Part shown: piece after piece, positions 1 through 7,822 of the stretch | How the letters are laid out: every line of letters starts with the position of its first letter | Numbering within the stretch: position 1 is the first letter of the stretch | Origin: a virus | Virus record (IMG/VR): IMGVR_UViG_3300045988_015578 | Span: 1 to 45,899 of that record | Strand: one strand, 5' to 3' | DNA: 45,899 nt | Translations under genes and position numbers: made by a program | Notes under the pieces: generated by a model | Databases searched by the model: none | What the model was told of the DNA's origin: nothing | Seen by the model: only the letters and a program-made list of their open reading frames with translations

Positions 1-99
1 AAACTTGATGAGGTATGCAGGCAGAATGATGAGGGATTTAAGTATGTGCTGAATGATATTAAATATGGCAACAATATTAGAAAATCCATTGCATATCTG
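1..99. repeat. Exact 99-nt duplicate of 45801..45899, the end overlap of a circular molecule (unique length 45,800 bp)
   Basis: Bases 1-99 are identical to 45801-45899. The helicase reading frame is continuous across the junction. Confidence 0.95.
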
Positions 100-807
100 G
101 AGAATAATGAATCAGACAAGGTTATACCAGAAGCACCATTTCTGGTCGGAACAAATGCTGAAGCTGATCGGATTAATAATACTTTCCTTGGAAAACTAGA
201 TAAAAAGACCGAAAAAGTGTTTCATGCAGCAGTTGACGGAGATCTGACATCTGCCGATATCAAGAACATTGCATTTGCCAGAGAGGACTTAATTCTTAAC
301 ATCGGTGCAAAAGTTATGATTACCGTCAATGATCTGTCCGGAAATTACGTAAATGGAACAATCGGCATTATCCAGAAAATTGTGGACAACGGAGAATTTG
401 AAGAATCTTATCTGGTCATCAAGACTGATAAGGATAAAACAGTTAACTTGTACAGATACAGTAAAGACATTGAGAAACAGGTTATTGAGGAATCCGAACA
501 AGAAAAGGACGGTCAGAAGATCGTGAAAGAGAAGATTGTACGTAAGAAAGTTGGATCATTCTCTCAGTTCCCGGTAAAACTTGCCTGGGCAATCAGTATT
601 CATAAATCACAGGGACAGACATTTGAAAAGATTAATATTGATCCTTGCTGTTGGGATCCTGGACAGTTCTACGTGGCTGTTTCCCGAGCGAAATCCGCTA
701 ATGGAATACATTTTATCAGACCGATAAAACAGAGCTATATAAAGGCGTTTAGCAAGGATAACGAGCGACTTCTTGAGCAGAGTTTTGAGGTAGAAAAGGG
801 TGTATAA
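1..807 (+). CDS. PIF1/RecD-like SF1 DNA helicase, 3' portion (5' portion is 45207..45899; about 466 aa across the junction)
   Basis: Position 1 begins a codon in the same frame as 45207. C-terminal motifs such as AWAISIHKSQGQTF and VAVSRAK are typical of PIF1/RecD helicases. Confidence 0.85.
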   Translation, partial: KLDEVCRQNDEGFKYVLNDIKYGNNIRKSIAYLENNESDKVIPEAPFLVGTNAEADRINNTFLGKLDKKTEKVFHAAVDGDLTSADIKNIAFAREDLILNIGAKVMITVNDLSGNYVNGTIGIIQKIVDNGEFEESYLVIKTDKDKTVNLYRYSKDIEKQVIEESEQEKDGQKIVKEKIVRKKVGSFSQFPVKLAWAISIHKSQGQTFEKINIDPCCWDPGQFYVAVSRAKSANGIHFIRPIKQSYIKAFSKDNERLLEQSFEVEKGV

Positions 808-809
808 GC

Positions 810-1079
810 ATGAGAGTGACGCACGAACAGATACCGAATACGATAAAATTTTTACAGATTGACTTCCCGGCACTGGTCCTCCAGACTGCCGGAATAGAAG
901 AAAATGATGAATACTGGCAGCAGGTGACAGAACAGATTCATATCATGTCAGAAAAATATCGAAAAAACGGGTTTGTGGACCACATGCTGTTAGCTTATGC
1001 AGACTATCTTGAAAAAATGTTCAAAAGATCGCAGAAGATGAAAGAGGAGCGTGAGAAGAATGTACAAACAGAAATATAA
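810..1079 (+). CDS. hypothetical early protein (89 aa)
   Basis: ORF packed tightly behind the helicase stop with a weak purine-rich RBS. Confidence 0.55.
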   Translation: MRVTHEQIPNTIKFLQIDFPALVLQTAGIEENDEYWQQVTEQIHIMSEKYRKNGFVDHMLLAYADYLEKMFKRSQKMKEEREKNVQTEI

Positions 1080-1326
1080 AGAAGGTCAGCAGATCCACAA
1101 AGACATATATCTGTACATCTGCCGGTATATCAAAGAACATCGGTACGCACCGTCTTACAAAGAGATTGCTGACGGGGTTGGCGTGTCAAATGCCACGGTA
1201 CTTCGCCACATGGATATGCTGCGGACAGATGGACTGATTGAAACGGATCACCCGAAGACACCGAGAGCATTCCGGCTGACAGGATATGAGTTCGTGACAA
1301 GGAGGAAGAAGCATGAAACTGTATGA
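1060..1326 (+). CDS. LexA-N-terminal-like winged-helix DNA-binding protein
   Basis: The motif SYKEIADGVGVSNATVLRHMDMLRTDGLIE resembles the LexA DNA-binding domain. GAGGAG lies 10 nt upstream of ATG 1060; the track start 1051 is less likely. Confidence 0.65.
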   Translation: MYKQKYKEGQQIHKDIYLYICRYIKEHRYAPSYKEIADGVGVSNATVLRHMDMLRTDGLIETDHPKTPRAFRLTGYEFVTRRKKHETV

Positions 1327-1564
1327 GCTGTTCAAAGGTGCTGAGTACATTGGAGAGTTTACTCTTGATGAGATCATAAGCATCACGGGAGCACATCGGA
1401 GTGCACTACTCAACAGTGTGGCACATGGCGTCCTCGTAAATGACTTGTGGGACGTCTCTCCGGCTTATGACAGGACTTTAAACCGAAATGACGACAATTC
1501 ATTGCTTAAGCAGTTTGAGGCCGTTACAAGGCAAATTAGGAGGTGTGTGAAGCGTGAGCAGTAA
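1313..1564 (+). CDS. hypothetical protein (83 aa)
   Basis: Co-directional ORF overlapping its neighbours. Confidence 0.5.
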   Translation: MKLYELFKGAEYIGEFTLDEIISITGAHRSALLNSVAHGVLVNDLWDVSPAYDRTLNRNDDNSLLKQFEAVTRQIRRCVKREQ

Positions 1565-1940
1565 ACTTAAAGCAAAGCCACGAAAGCAGAGACTTCCTCT
1601 AGCTCAGCCCAATCAGGCAGCACAGGCATTTGGGCGAGCAATGATTAACTGCCATAGTCAGATTAAAAGTATGGAGAAAGAAGCTTACGAAAACGGATTC
1701 AACGATGGAGAAGATTGGGCTGATACGATTAACGTCGTTACAACGATGATGGCCCTGAGACGCTTATATGGCTTTTCTACAAAACGCTTGCTCACAGTCA
1801 TGCAGACTGCCAACGAGTACGTTAAAATGGCAAACAGGGGAGAAATGAGCGTTCTGAGTATGATACAGGACATTGAAGAGAACACAGATGTAAGGTTTGA
1901 TGAGATGAATAAGAATCTGGTTAAGAAGATGGGAGTATAA
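1554..1940 (+). CDS. hypothetical protein (128 aa)
   Basis: GTG start downstream of AGGAGG; co-directional packing. Confidence 0.55.
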   Translation: MSSKLKAKPRKQRLPLAQPNQAAQAFGRAMINCHSQIKSMEKEAYENGFNDGEDWADTINVVTTMMALRRLYGFSTKRLLTVMQTANEYVKMANRGEMSVLSMIQDIEENTDVRFDEMNKNLVKKMGV

Positions 1941-1994
1941 AATCATGGAGGACTGCACAATAGCGTGTCAGTTGCTTACATGGGGAAAGTGAGG

Positions 1995-2198
1995 ATGGAA
2001 ATGACGCAATTAAAACCTTGTCCGTTTTGCGGAGGGAAAGCAGAAATGCTGATTAGTGAATATGAAGATTCAAGAAAAGAATATCTTGTAGCTTGCACAG
2101 AATGTGACGGAATGGTGGAACGTTGGAGAAAAACGGAGAAAGAAGCGATAGAGCAGTGGAACAGGAGGGTAAATAATGAGCGAGATCAAATTCAGTGA
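1995..2198 (+). CDS. Lar-family restriction-alleviation-like zinc-ribbon protein
   Basis: LKPCPFCGG...CTECDG...EAIEQWNRR is the characteristic Lar-family pattern. The start is uncertain (1965, 1995 or 2001). Confidence 0.7.
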   Translation: MEMTQLKPCPFCGGKAEMLISEYEDSRKEYLVACTECDGMVERWRKTEKEAIEQWNRRVNNERDQIQ

Positions 2199-2739
2199 CG
2201 GAATGCCGGTAAGAGAAAGACGTTCTGGCACAAGCATTTATCCAGAAGAATTACTGGATAAAAAATGTGGTGGTTGTATGAGATGCCAGTCAAGAAAAAG
2301 AAAGGGCGAAACAGGCTATCATTGCACAACACAGCCGTACACCAAAGACATTTCACCAGAAGACAAAGCTTGTGTTATTTACTGGGACAAAGAAGAGGAA
2401 GAGAAGTACAAGGCTTTAATAGCGCAAGACGAAGAAAACCGCAGAAAAGAACTCTGGAATATCTATTCAAAGCGAGAGCCGATAAAACTCCCAATCATAA
2501 ATGATGGTTACGGAATAATTCCAGAATGTCCTATTTGTGGAGAGATGCCGTACAGCACTAAGCAGTGCCACTGGTGCGGTCAGAGATTCATTCAAGATAA
2601 AGAAGTAGAAGAATACGAAAAGCCGCTGACAAAAGAGGTAACTTGCTTTTCATGTGGCAGAAAGGTGATAGCAAATGTAAGCAAGTATAACGGACATATT
2701 AGTTATCATTGTCAATGCGGAACAAATTTTATCGAATAA
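2176..2739 (+). CDS. multi-zinc-ribbon protein of unknown function (187 aa)
   Basis: At least three CxxC...CxxC pairs; overlaps the upstream stop. Confidence 0.6.
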   Translation: MSEIKFSDGMPVRERRSGTSIYPEELLDKKCGGCMRCQSRKRKGETGYHCTTQPYTKDISPEDKACVIYWDKEEEEKYKALIAQDEENRRKELWNIYSKREPIKLPIINDGYGIIPECPICGEMPYSTKQCHWCGQRFIQDKEVEEYEKPLTKEVTCFSCGRKVIANVSKYNGHISYHCQCGTNFIE

Positions 2740-2750
2740 GGAGGGCGAAA

Positions 2751-2915
2751 ATGAGTTACTGTGACGGAACCTGTAAGTATCTGAATACAAGAAAACACAA
2801 ATGCGAATTAACAGGAGAAAAACTCGCATACATGAAACAGAGTTGTGGAATCGAGTATTCAGTGCATGAACACAGAGGATTCTGTGAGAAAGATAAGGAG
2901 GACACAAAATGTTAA
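2751..2915 (+). CDS. small Cys-rich protein (54 aa)
   Basis: GGAGG lies 6 nt upstream of ATG 2751. The track start 2709 has no RBS. Confidence 0.5.
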   Translation: MSYCDGTCKYLNTRKHKCELTGEKLAYMKQSCGIEYSVHEHRGFCEKDKEDTKC

Positions 2916-3175
2916 TCAGAAGTCAGAATAAGGAAGTTTTAGCTACACTTGAACTTTTATTCGATATCGAAGTTTCGGGTGGAGTAATAAGTGCAAGAAG
3001 AGATATGAGTTGGTGCTGCTTGCTCGGAGAATATTCCACCAAAGCAAAAGCCATGAAGGTACTGGATATGATTCAGGAAGCCTATGAGGAATATGAAACT
3101 GAAAGAATCTATAAAGAGGGCGTATTCAAGATCAGGACGTTTCAGATGCCAGAAGATTCGGAGGTGGAAGTATGA
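2909..3175 (+). CDS. hypothetical protein (88 aa)
   Basis: ORF with an overlapping start and stop. Confidence 0.5.
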   Translation: MLIRSQNKEVLATLELLFDIEVSGGVISARRDMSWCCLLGEYSTKAKAMKVLDMIQEAYEEYETERIYKEGVFKIRTFQMPEDSEVEV

Positions 3176-3477
3176 AATACAGAAAGAAACCAGTTGTAAT
3201 TGATGCAGTACAGTGGACTGGTACAAATAAGCAAGAAATATTTGATTTTCTGACAAATGGCAATTGTCCAGAGGAGTATATGACATCTGATTTTCCGATT
3301 GTATCCGATAACTTCTATATCGACAAATGGAAGGTTCCGGGTGGTCTGATTATTAAGACACTTGAGGGCGAACATCTGGCGAATATTGGTGATTATATCA
3401 TCCGCGGTGTTCGCGGTGAATTTTATCCGTGTAAGCCAGATATATTCAGAGAAACTTATGAGGAGGTGGAAGTATGA
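3172..3477 (+). CDS. PGDYG-like small phage protein
   Basis: MKYRKKPVVIDAVQW at the N-terminus and IGDYII...FYPCKPDIFRETYE near the C-terminus are typical of this phage family. Confidence 0.6.
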   Translation: MKYRKKPVVIDAVQWTGTNKQEIFDFLTNGNCPEEYMTSDFPIVSDNFYIDKWKVPGGLIIKTLEGEHLANIGDYIIRGVRGEFYPCKPDIFRETYEEVEV

Positions 3478-3827
3478 GCCATATCAAAGACAGATTATCG
3501 GATTATCATGATTTCATGAAGAAACTTGTGGATGACCACCAGATGGTTTTAGCAAGTGATGTTCTGGAAATGATAGAACAGATTAAGGATGATCTGGAAC
3601 AGGACGAGAAAGAAAATGGTTGGATTCCTGTCAGTGAGAGATTACCGGAAGAATCCGATTACTATATGGCATGCATTCATAATGAAATTTTAAATAAATA
3701 CTACTGCCGAAGTGAGTGGTTCTCTATTAACAATAATTATTATGGCGAATTAGTGTGGATTGATTTGAAATCATATGAAAAAGTTGTGGCATGGAGGTCA
3801 CTTCCAGAACCATATAAGGAGGACTGA
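3474..3827 (+). CDS. DUF551-like phage protein
   Basis: The GWIPVSERLPEE motif is characteristic of DUF551-type proteins. Confidence 0.55.
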   Translation: MSHIKDRLSDYHDFMKKLVDDHQMVLASDVLEMIEQIKDDLEQDEKENGWIPVSERLPEESDYYMACIHNEILNKYYCRSEWFSINNNYYGELVWIDLKSYEKVVAWRSLPEPYKED

Positions 3828-3829
3828 CC

Positions 3830-3931
3830 ATGATTGCGTTATTATGCGGAATATTTATCGGACTTAATGTTGGTGCATGGGGAGTGATTATACTCGCCAT
3901 ACTGTACGATAAGCACCATCCAGGCGAATAG
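3830..3931 (+). CDS. small membrane peptide (33 aa; below the ORF-track cutoff)
   Basis: ATG 3830 directly follows the upstream stop. The peptide MIALLCGIFIGLNVGAWGVIILAILY is a single hydrophobic helix. Confidence 0.4.
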   Translation: MIALLCGIFIGLNVGAWGVIILAILYDKHHPGE

Positions 3932-3944
3932 AAAGGAGAACGGT

Positions 3945-4262
3945 ATGCTGACAAGGAATAAAAAGCTGAAAGACTACGGTATTCCGGCAGAGGACATAGA
4001 AAAACTGAATACGATGCTGAAAGACTTTCCGGCAGAGTACGGAAGCCTGCTTGCCAGTGCTGCCTTGTCAGCTTGTCCGAAAAACACGGTGATAGCGGAT
4101 ATGGTTATTGAGAATATCCTGCACCGGAAAAGTTACAGGAAAATCAGCAGAGAAAGATATATCCCGATGAACCCGAAAGACTTTTACGGCTACAGACGCA
4201 AGACCGTCGCTGTACTGTATGAGAGAATGAGATTGTTGGGAGTGTGGGAAGGAGATGAGTGA
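3945..4262 (+). CDS. hypothetical protein (105 aa)
   Basis: AAAGGAG RBS upstream of the ATG. Confidence 0.55.
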   Translation: MLTRNKKLKDYGIPAEDIEKLNTMLKDFPAEYGSLLASAALSACPKNTVIADMVIENILHRKSYRKISRERYIPMNPKDFYGYRRKTVAVLYERMRLLGVWEGDE

Positions 4263-4578
4263 AATCAAGTCTATTTATCCGAAGGAATATCTTTTAAAAA
4301 ATGGATTGCTTCGATACTATACTGCTCCTGGAAGATACGGATTTGCAATTTACGAAGTGGGCTATCAATTACCCCTACTGCCGCCGTTGGAATATTGTAC
4401 GGAAAATAGTGCGAAACTTGATTGTATAAGATTTAATGCTCTTGGGCCGGAAGAAATCTGGAAAGAATATTGGAGACGTTATGTAATTTCTAAACGACCA
4501 TTAGGTGCGAAAATAGAGACGTTTGCTGAATGGAAAAGCAAAAACGCAAACATGTATGAACGGGAGGATAGAAGATGA
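4255..4578 (+). CDS. hypothetical protein (107 aa)
   Basis: Overlapping co-directional ORF. Confidence 0.5.
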   Translation: MSEIKSIYPKEYLLKNGLLRYYTAPGRYGFAIYEVGYQLPLLPPLEYCTENSAKLDCIRFNALGPEEIWKEYWRRYVISKRPLGAKIETFAEWKSKNANMYEREDRR

Positions 4579-4814
4579 AGTTAATTGATCTAATAGCAGC
4601 AATTGACGACGATCCTGAAAGCGATATAAAAATTCAGATATGTCACCCAGGAAGAAGATGGGGTGATTACGATACATTCAATGCCGGTTCAAAGCTGCTG
4701 AAACCATTTTATGATTTAGAAGTAAGCTGCCTTTCAGCGATAGAGACGGATGTGATCAGAGTTGATTTGGATTTTGACGAGAAAGAGGGAGAAGTAGATG
4801 AGCAGACTGATTGA
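4575..4814 (+). CDS. hypothetical acidic protein (79 aa)
   Basis: ATGA overlap with the upstream stop. Confidence 0.5.
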   Translation: MKLIDLIAAIDDDPESDIKIQICHPGRRWGDYDTFNAGSKLLKPFYDLEVSCLSAIETDVIRVDLDFDEKEGEVDEQTD

Positions 4815-5052
4815 TGCAGACGAATTAATCAAATACATCAAAATTTGGGAAATTGGCACAAGTATTAGTTCTGACCAGAAAGAGTTTATTGATTGTGTTA
4901 ATGAACAGTGGACAGCTTTTGATGTGGATGAAGTTGTTCAACAGTTGGAAATTTTAATCGAAGATAAATGTTCGGAATCAGGTGACGATTGGTATACAGC
5001 CCAATGCTTGAATGAAGCAGTTGAAATTGTAAAAGGTGGTGGAATTGAATGA
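4798..5052 (+). CDS. hypothetical protein (84 aa)
   Basis: Overlapping co-directional ORF. Confidence 0.5.
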   Translation: MSRLIDADELIKYIKIWEIGTSISSDQKEFIDCVNEQWTAFDVDEVVQQLEILIEDKCSESGDDWYTAQCLNEAVEIVKGGGIE

Positions 5053-5459
5053 GAGAGATTCTTTTTAAGGCAAAGCGGATTGATAATGGCGAATGGGTTA
5101 AGGGATGTTTAGTAATAGATCATTCACGATCAAACTTATTTGAATATCGAATGCAACCAGTTGAATCATGCGTTTTATACGCACCACCTATTAATCCAGA
5201 AACCCTCTGCCAGTTCACAGGACTTTGCGACAAGAACGGGAAGAAAATTTGGGAAAATGACATTCTGATGGCACACTTGGACGAATCCTACCCAGAGGAT
5301 GTGACATATGAAACTGTTGAATGGGGCGTTGCTGGATGGGTAGGACACGAAACTGGCAGCACGGATAGAGAATGTCTTAGAGAGTTTGATCTTGAACATT
5401 ATGAAGTAGTTGGCAATATCTTCGACAATAAAGAATTATTACAGGAGGAACACAAATGA
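5049..5459 (+). CDS. YopX-family protein
   Basis: ILFKAKRIDNGEWVKG at the N-terminus and VVGNIFDN near the C-terminus are typical of YopX. Confidence 0.75.
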   Translation: MREILFKAKRIDNGEWVKGCLVIDHSRSNLFEYRMQPVESCVLYAPPINPETLCQFTGLCDKNGKKIWENDILMAHLDESYPEDVTYETVEWGVAGWVGHETGSTDRECLREFDLEHYEVVGNIFDNKELLQEEHK

Positions 5460-5698
5460 GCAGTGCAAGCGTAAGATTCGGGACAAAAGCGTATGTATGC
5501 GCAAGATATTTTCTCAGACCGGGAAAGTGTTTCAAATACATCGACCAGCGTGGCGAAGATGCCACGGAACACGTCTATGAGGTCATGGCGTTATATCCAT
5601 ATTGCGTATTGTTAAGAGATACAAGAAACGGGGTCAGGACTTGTCCGGGGTACAATACTTTAAGTCTGATGCTGAGAGGAAGTGAAACGTATGAGTAA
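5456..5698 (+). CDS. hypothetical protein (80 aa)
   Basis: ATGA overlap; co-directional. Confidence 0.45.
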   Translation: MSSASVRFGTKAYVCARYFLRPGKCFKYIDQRGEDATEHVYEVMALYPYCVLLRDTRNGVRTCPGYNTLSLMLRGSETYE

Positions 5699-5963
5699 AT
5701 CAGTATTAGTGATTGATACGCCAGAACGATGTATAGATTGCGAAATCGGACAGAATTATAGCAATATGTTAGAAACATACATCTCTTGCCCGATTGCAGG
5801 AAAATGCGTGCTCGATAAAGATGCAGAAATGATTCCTGATTGGTGTCCATTTATGGACTTACCAGAAAAAGATAATGGAGACTATCCATCTAATACGTTT
5901 GATGCTGGCTTTGCGGAGGGTTGGAACCAGTGTATTGATGAGATTACAGGAGGAATGGATTAA
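5691..5963 (+). CDS. Cys-rich hypothetical protein
   Basis: Purine-rich RBS before ATG 5691; several Cys pairs. Confidence 0.5.
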   Translation: MSKSVLVIDTPERCIDCEIGQNYSNMLETYISCPIAGKCVLDKDAEMIPDWCPFMDLPEKDNGDYPSNTFDAGFAEGWNQCIDEITGGMD

Positions 5964-6157
5964 TGGCATGTGCAAAGAAATGTGATAGATGTGGAAAACT
6001 GTATGAGCAGTACAATTCTAAAAACGATAGAAAAAATCCTAATGGGATCATGGTATTAAATCTGGATAGTCAGAGAAGATATCTCGCACATAATGCTCTG
6101 GATTTATGTCCTGATTGTATGAAAGGATTTCAGGACTGGTTTGGAGAGGTGAAGTAG
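5963..6157 (+). CDS. small zinc-ribbon protein (64 aa)
   Basis: CDRCG...CPDC motif. Confidence 0.5.
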   Translation: MACAKKCDRCGKLYEQYNSKNDRKNPNGIMVLNLDSQRRYLAHNALDLCPDCMKGFQDWFGEVK

Positions 6158-6553
6158 ATGGAGAGATTAACAGAAAGATATGATATCACGCCAGACGGAG
6201 AATCAGATGTCTGGGTTAAACAGCACGATTACATTTCGGCAGCACGAAAACTCTGCGATTACGAAGACTTAGAAGAACAGGGCTTGCTTGTGAGATTACC
6301 GTGTAAGGTGGGAGATATGCTATGGTATAACATTTTGGGATATACGGAATCATATGAAATAAAAGCATTTTCATATGGATATTGTGACGGTTATATAGAA
6401 GCAGGTGAAGAAATAAAAGATGAAATTATATTTTATTGCGAAAACCATACCGGTTCAATAATAGGATCTTTTCCAATGAGTGGAATTGGTAAAATCGTAT
6501 TCCTCACCCGTGAAGAAGCTGAGAAGAAGTTGGAGGAGATGAAGAAAAAATGA
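6158..6553 (+). CDS. hypothetical phage protein (131 aa)
   Basis: MERLTER...YEDLEEQG...LPCKVGD is a recurrent pattern in Firmicutes phage proteins. Confidence 0.6.
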   Translation: MERLTERYDITPDGESDVWVKQHDYISAARKLCDYEDLEEQGLLVRLPCKVGDMLWYNILGYTESYEIKAFSYGYCDGYIEAGEEIKDEIIFYCENHTGSIIGSFPMSGIGKIVFLTREEAEKKLEEMKKK

Positions 6554-7197
6554 ATTCCATAATTGTTTATTGGGATGATATTATTGATAAGTTTGATACT
6601 TATCAAATAATAGATAAATTTGTTTATGATTCGTTTACGATGCTTCTTAGTCCTAATGAATATGCTCAAACAGGGTTGATTTTTGAAATAGCAACTAATA
6701 ACGGGAATCCTAATGAATGCTATTGCAAAGCCATCTTCGTAGACTTAGAAAAAGAAAAAGAGGTATACATAGGAGAATTTAATTGGAGTGTGCATGGTGA
6801 ATATACTACTGTAGAAATATACGAAAAAGATAGAGAATACGAGGAAGCTTATGCAAACTGGGCGGGTAATATATATGCAATAATGTCTTATATAATGACA
6901 ACTGAAAGAAAAAGAGTGGAAAAGCAAAGACCCATACAAAAGGTAAGCTCGAAAAAGAAATATAAAAATAAAAGTGAAAATAAGAGCATCTATCTTCTTT
7001 CGGAAATTGTGGATTATGTAAATGATAATGGCTTGCTGATAAAACCAAGTGGAAATCACAAAATAACTTGTCCTTGTTGGAGCGTAAGAGGACATTACAG
7101 AACGTACAAGAGCGGTAAGAAAGTATTTGTAAAGTCTTTCGAGAAAGGGAAAGAACGTGGAAAAGTAGCACCAAAACAGCATGTTTATACGATTTGA
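6550..7197 (+). CDS. hypothetical protein in a markedly AT-rich segment, with a basic Cys/His C-terminus (215 aa)
   Basis: Long ORF whose base composition is visibly more AT-rich than its neighbours. C-terminus reads ITCPCWSVRGHYRTYKSGKK. Confidence 0.6.
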   Translation: MNSIIVYWDDIIDKFDTYQIIDKFVYDSFTMLLSPNEYAQTGLIFEIATNNGNPNECYCKAIFVDLEKEKEVYIGEFNWSVHGEYTTVEIYEKDREYEEAYANWAGNIYAIMSYIMTTERKRVEKQRPIQKVSSKKKYKNKSENKSIYLLSEIVDYVNDNGLLIKPSGNHKITCPCWSVRGHYRTYKSGKKVFVKSFEKGKERGKVAPKQHVYTI

Positions 7198-7211
7198 GAG
7201 GAGTGGCAACT

Positions 7212-7406
7212 ATGCCAGACAAGCTTACACCAGAAATAACCCCACAGCTCGCTATATCAGCATTCGCAGTGCTGCATCAATATTGCAGCTCAATCAGTCC
7301 ACATGACTGCATCAGATGCACATTTTACGAACATTGCCCGGAGTGTTTCATGGGGTGTCCGGGAGATCAGGGCGAGACAATCAGAAAATTACAAAGCAAT
7401 GAATAA
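7212..7406 (+). CDS. small Cys-rich protein (64 aa)
   Basis: GAGAGGAG lies 8 nt upstream of ATG 7212. Confidence 0.5.
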   Translation: MPDKLTPEITPQLAISAFAVLHQYCSSISPHDCIRCTFYEHCPECFMGCPGDQGETIRKLQSNE

Positions 7407-7412
7407 AATCAG

Positions 7413-7439
7413 AGAGTCGGTATTTACCGGCTCTTTTTT
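7413..7439 (+). terminator. rho-independent terminator closing the early operon
   Basis: Stem agagtcgg/ccggctct (one G.U pair) followed by a T6 run. Confidence 0.7.
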
Positions 7440-7454
7440 AGTGTAAAATTCCTC

Positions 7455-7494
7455 AAACATGTACCACAACTTTTCTGCTGACCTGTGATAGAAT
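7455..7494 (+). promoter_or_regulatory. late-promoter motif, copy 1
   Basis: The 20-mer AAACATGTACCACAACTTTT is identical to 17722-17741. TGTG plus the -10 hexamer TAGAAT follow at the same 18-nt spacing. There is no TTGACA-like -35. Confidence 0.6.
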
Positions 7495-7544
7495 ATACTC
7501 AGAAGTGTTACTATGGGGTTTTATAGCTAGTTGGAGGTGGTAAT

Positions 7545-7802
7545 ATGGCGAACTTAAAAGCAGCTACAAGAAAACTTCAAAAAGCTATATTGTCCACCGG
7601 ACTAATCATAAAAATTGGAACATCACAATTCTATAGTCATGAACAGGAACGATTAATTACAGTAACGATCATATCAACACCAGTGTTTAGACCAACAAAA
7701 CGTGGCGAATGGAAAGATTGCGATTATGAAATATTACGAGCTGCATCCCAGTATGATGTGGTCATGTGCCTTAAAGAAATATGGGAGGCGGTCAGAAAAT
7801 GA
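7545..7802 (+). CDS. hypothetical protein preceding the terminase (85 aa)
   Basis: GGAGGTGG RBS; first gene after the late-promoter motif. Confidence 0.6.
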   Translation: MANLKAATRKLQKAILSTGLIIKIGTSQFYSHEQERLITVTIISTPVFRPTKRGEWKDCDYEILRAASQYDVVMCLKEIWEAVRK

Positions 7803-7822
7803 GGATAGACAGAGGTGATTAG

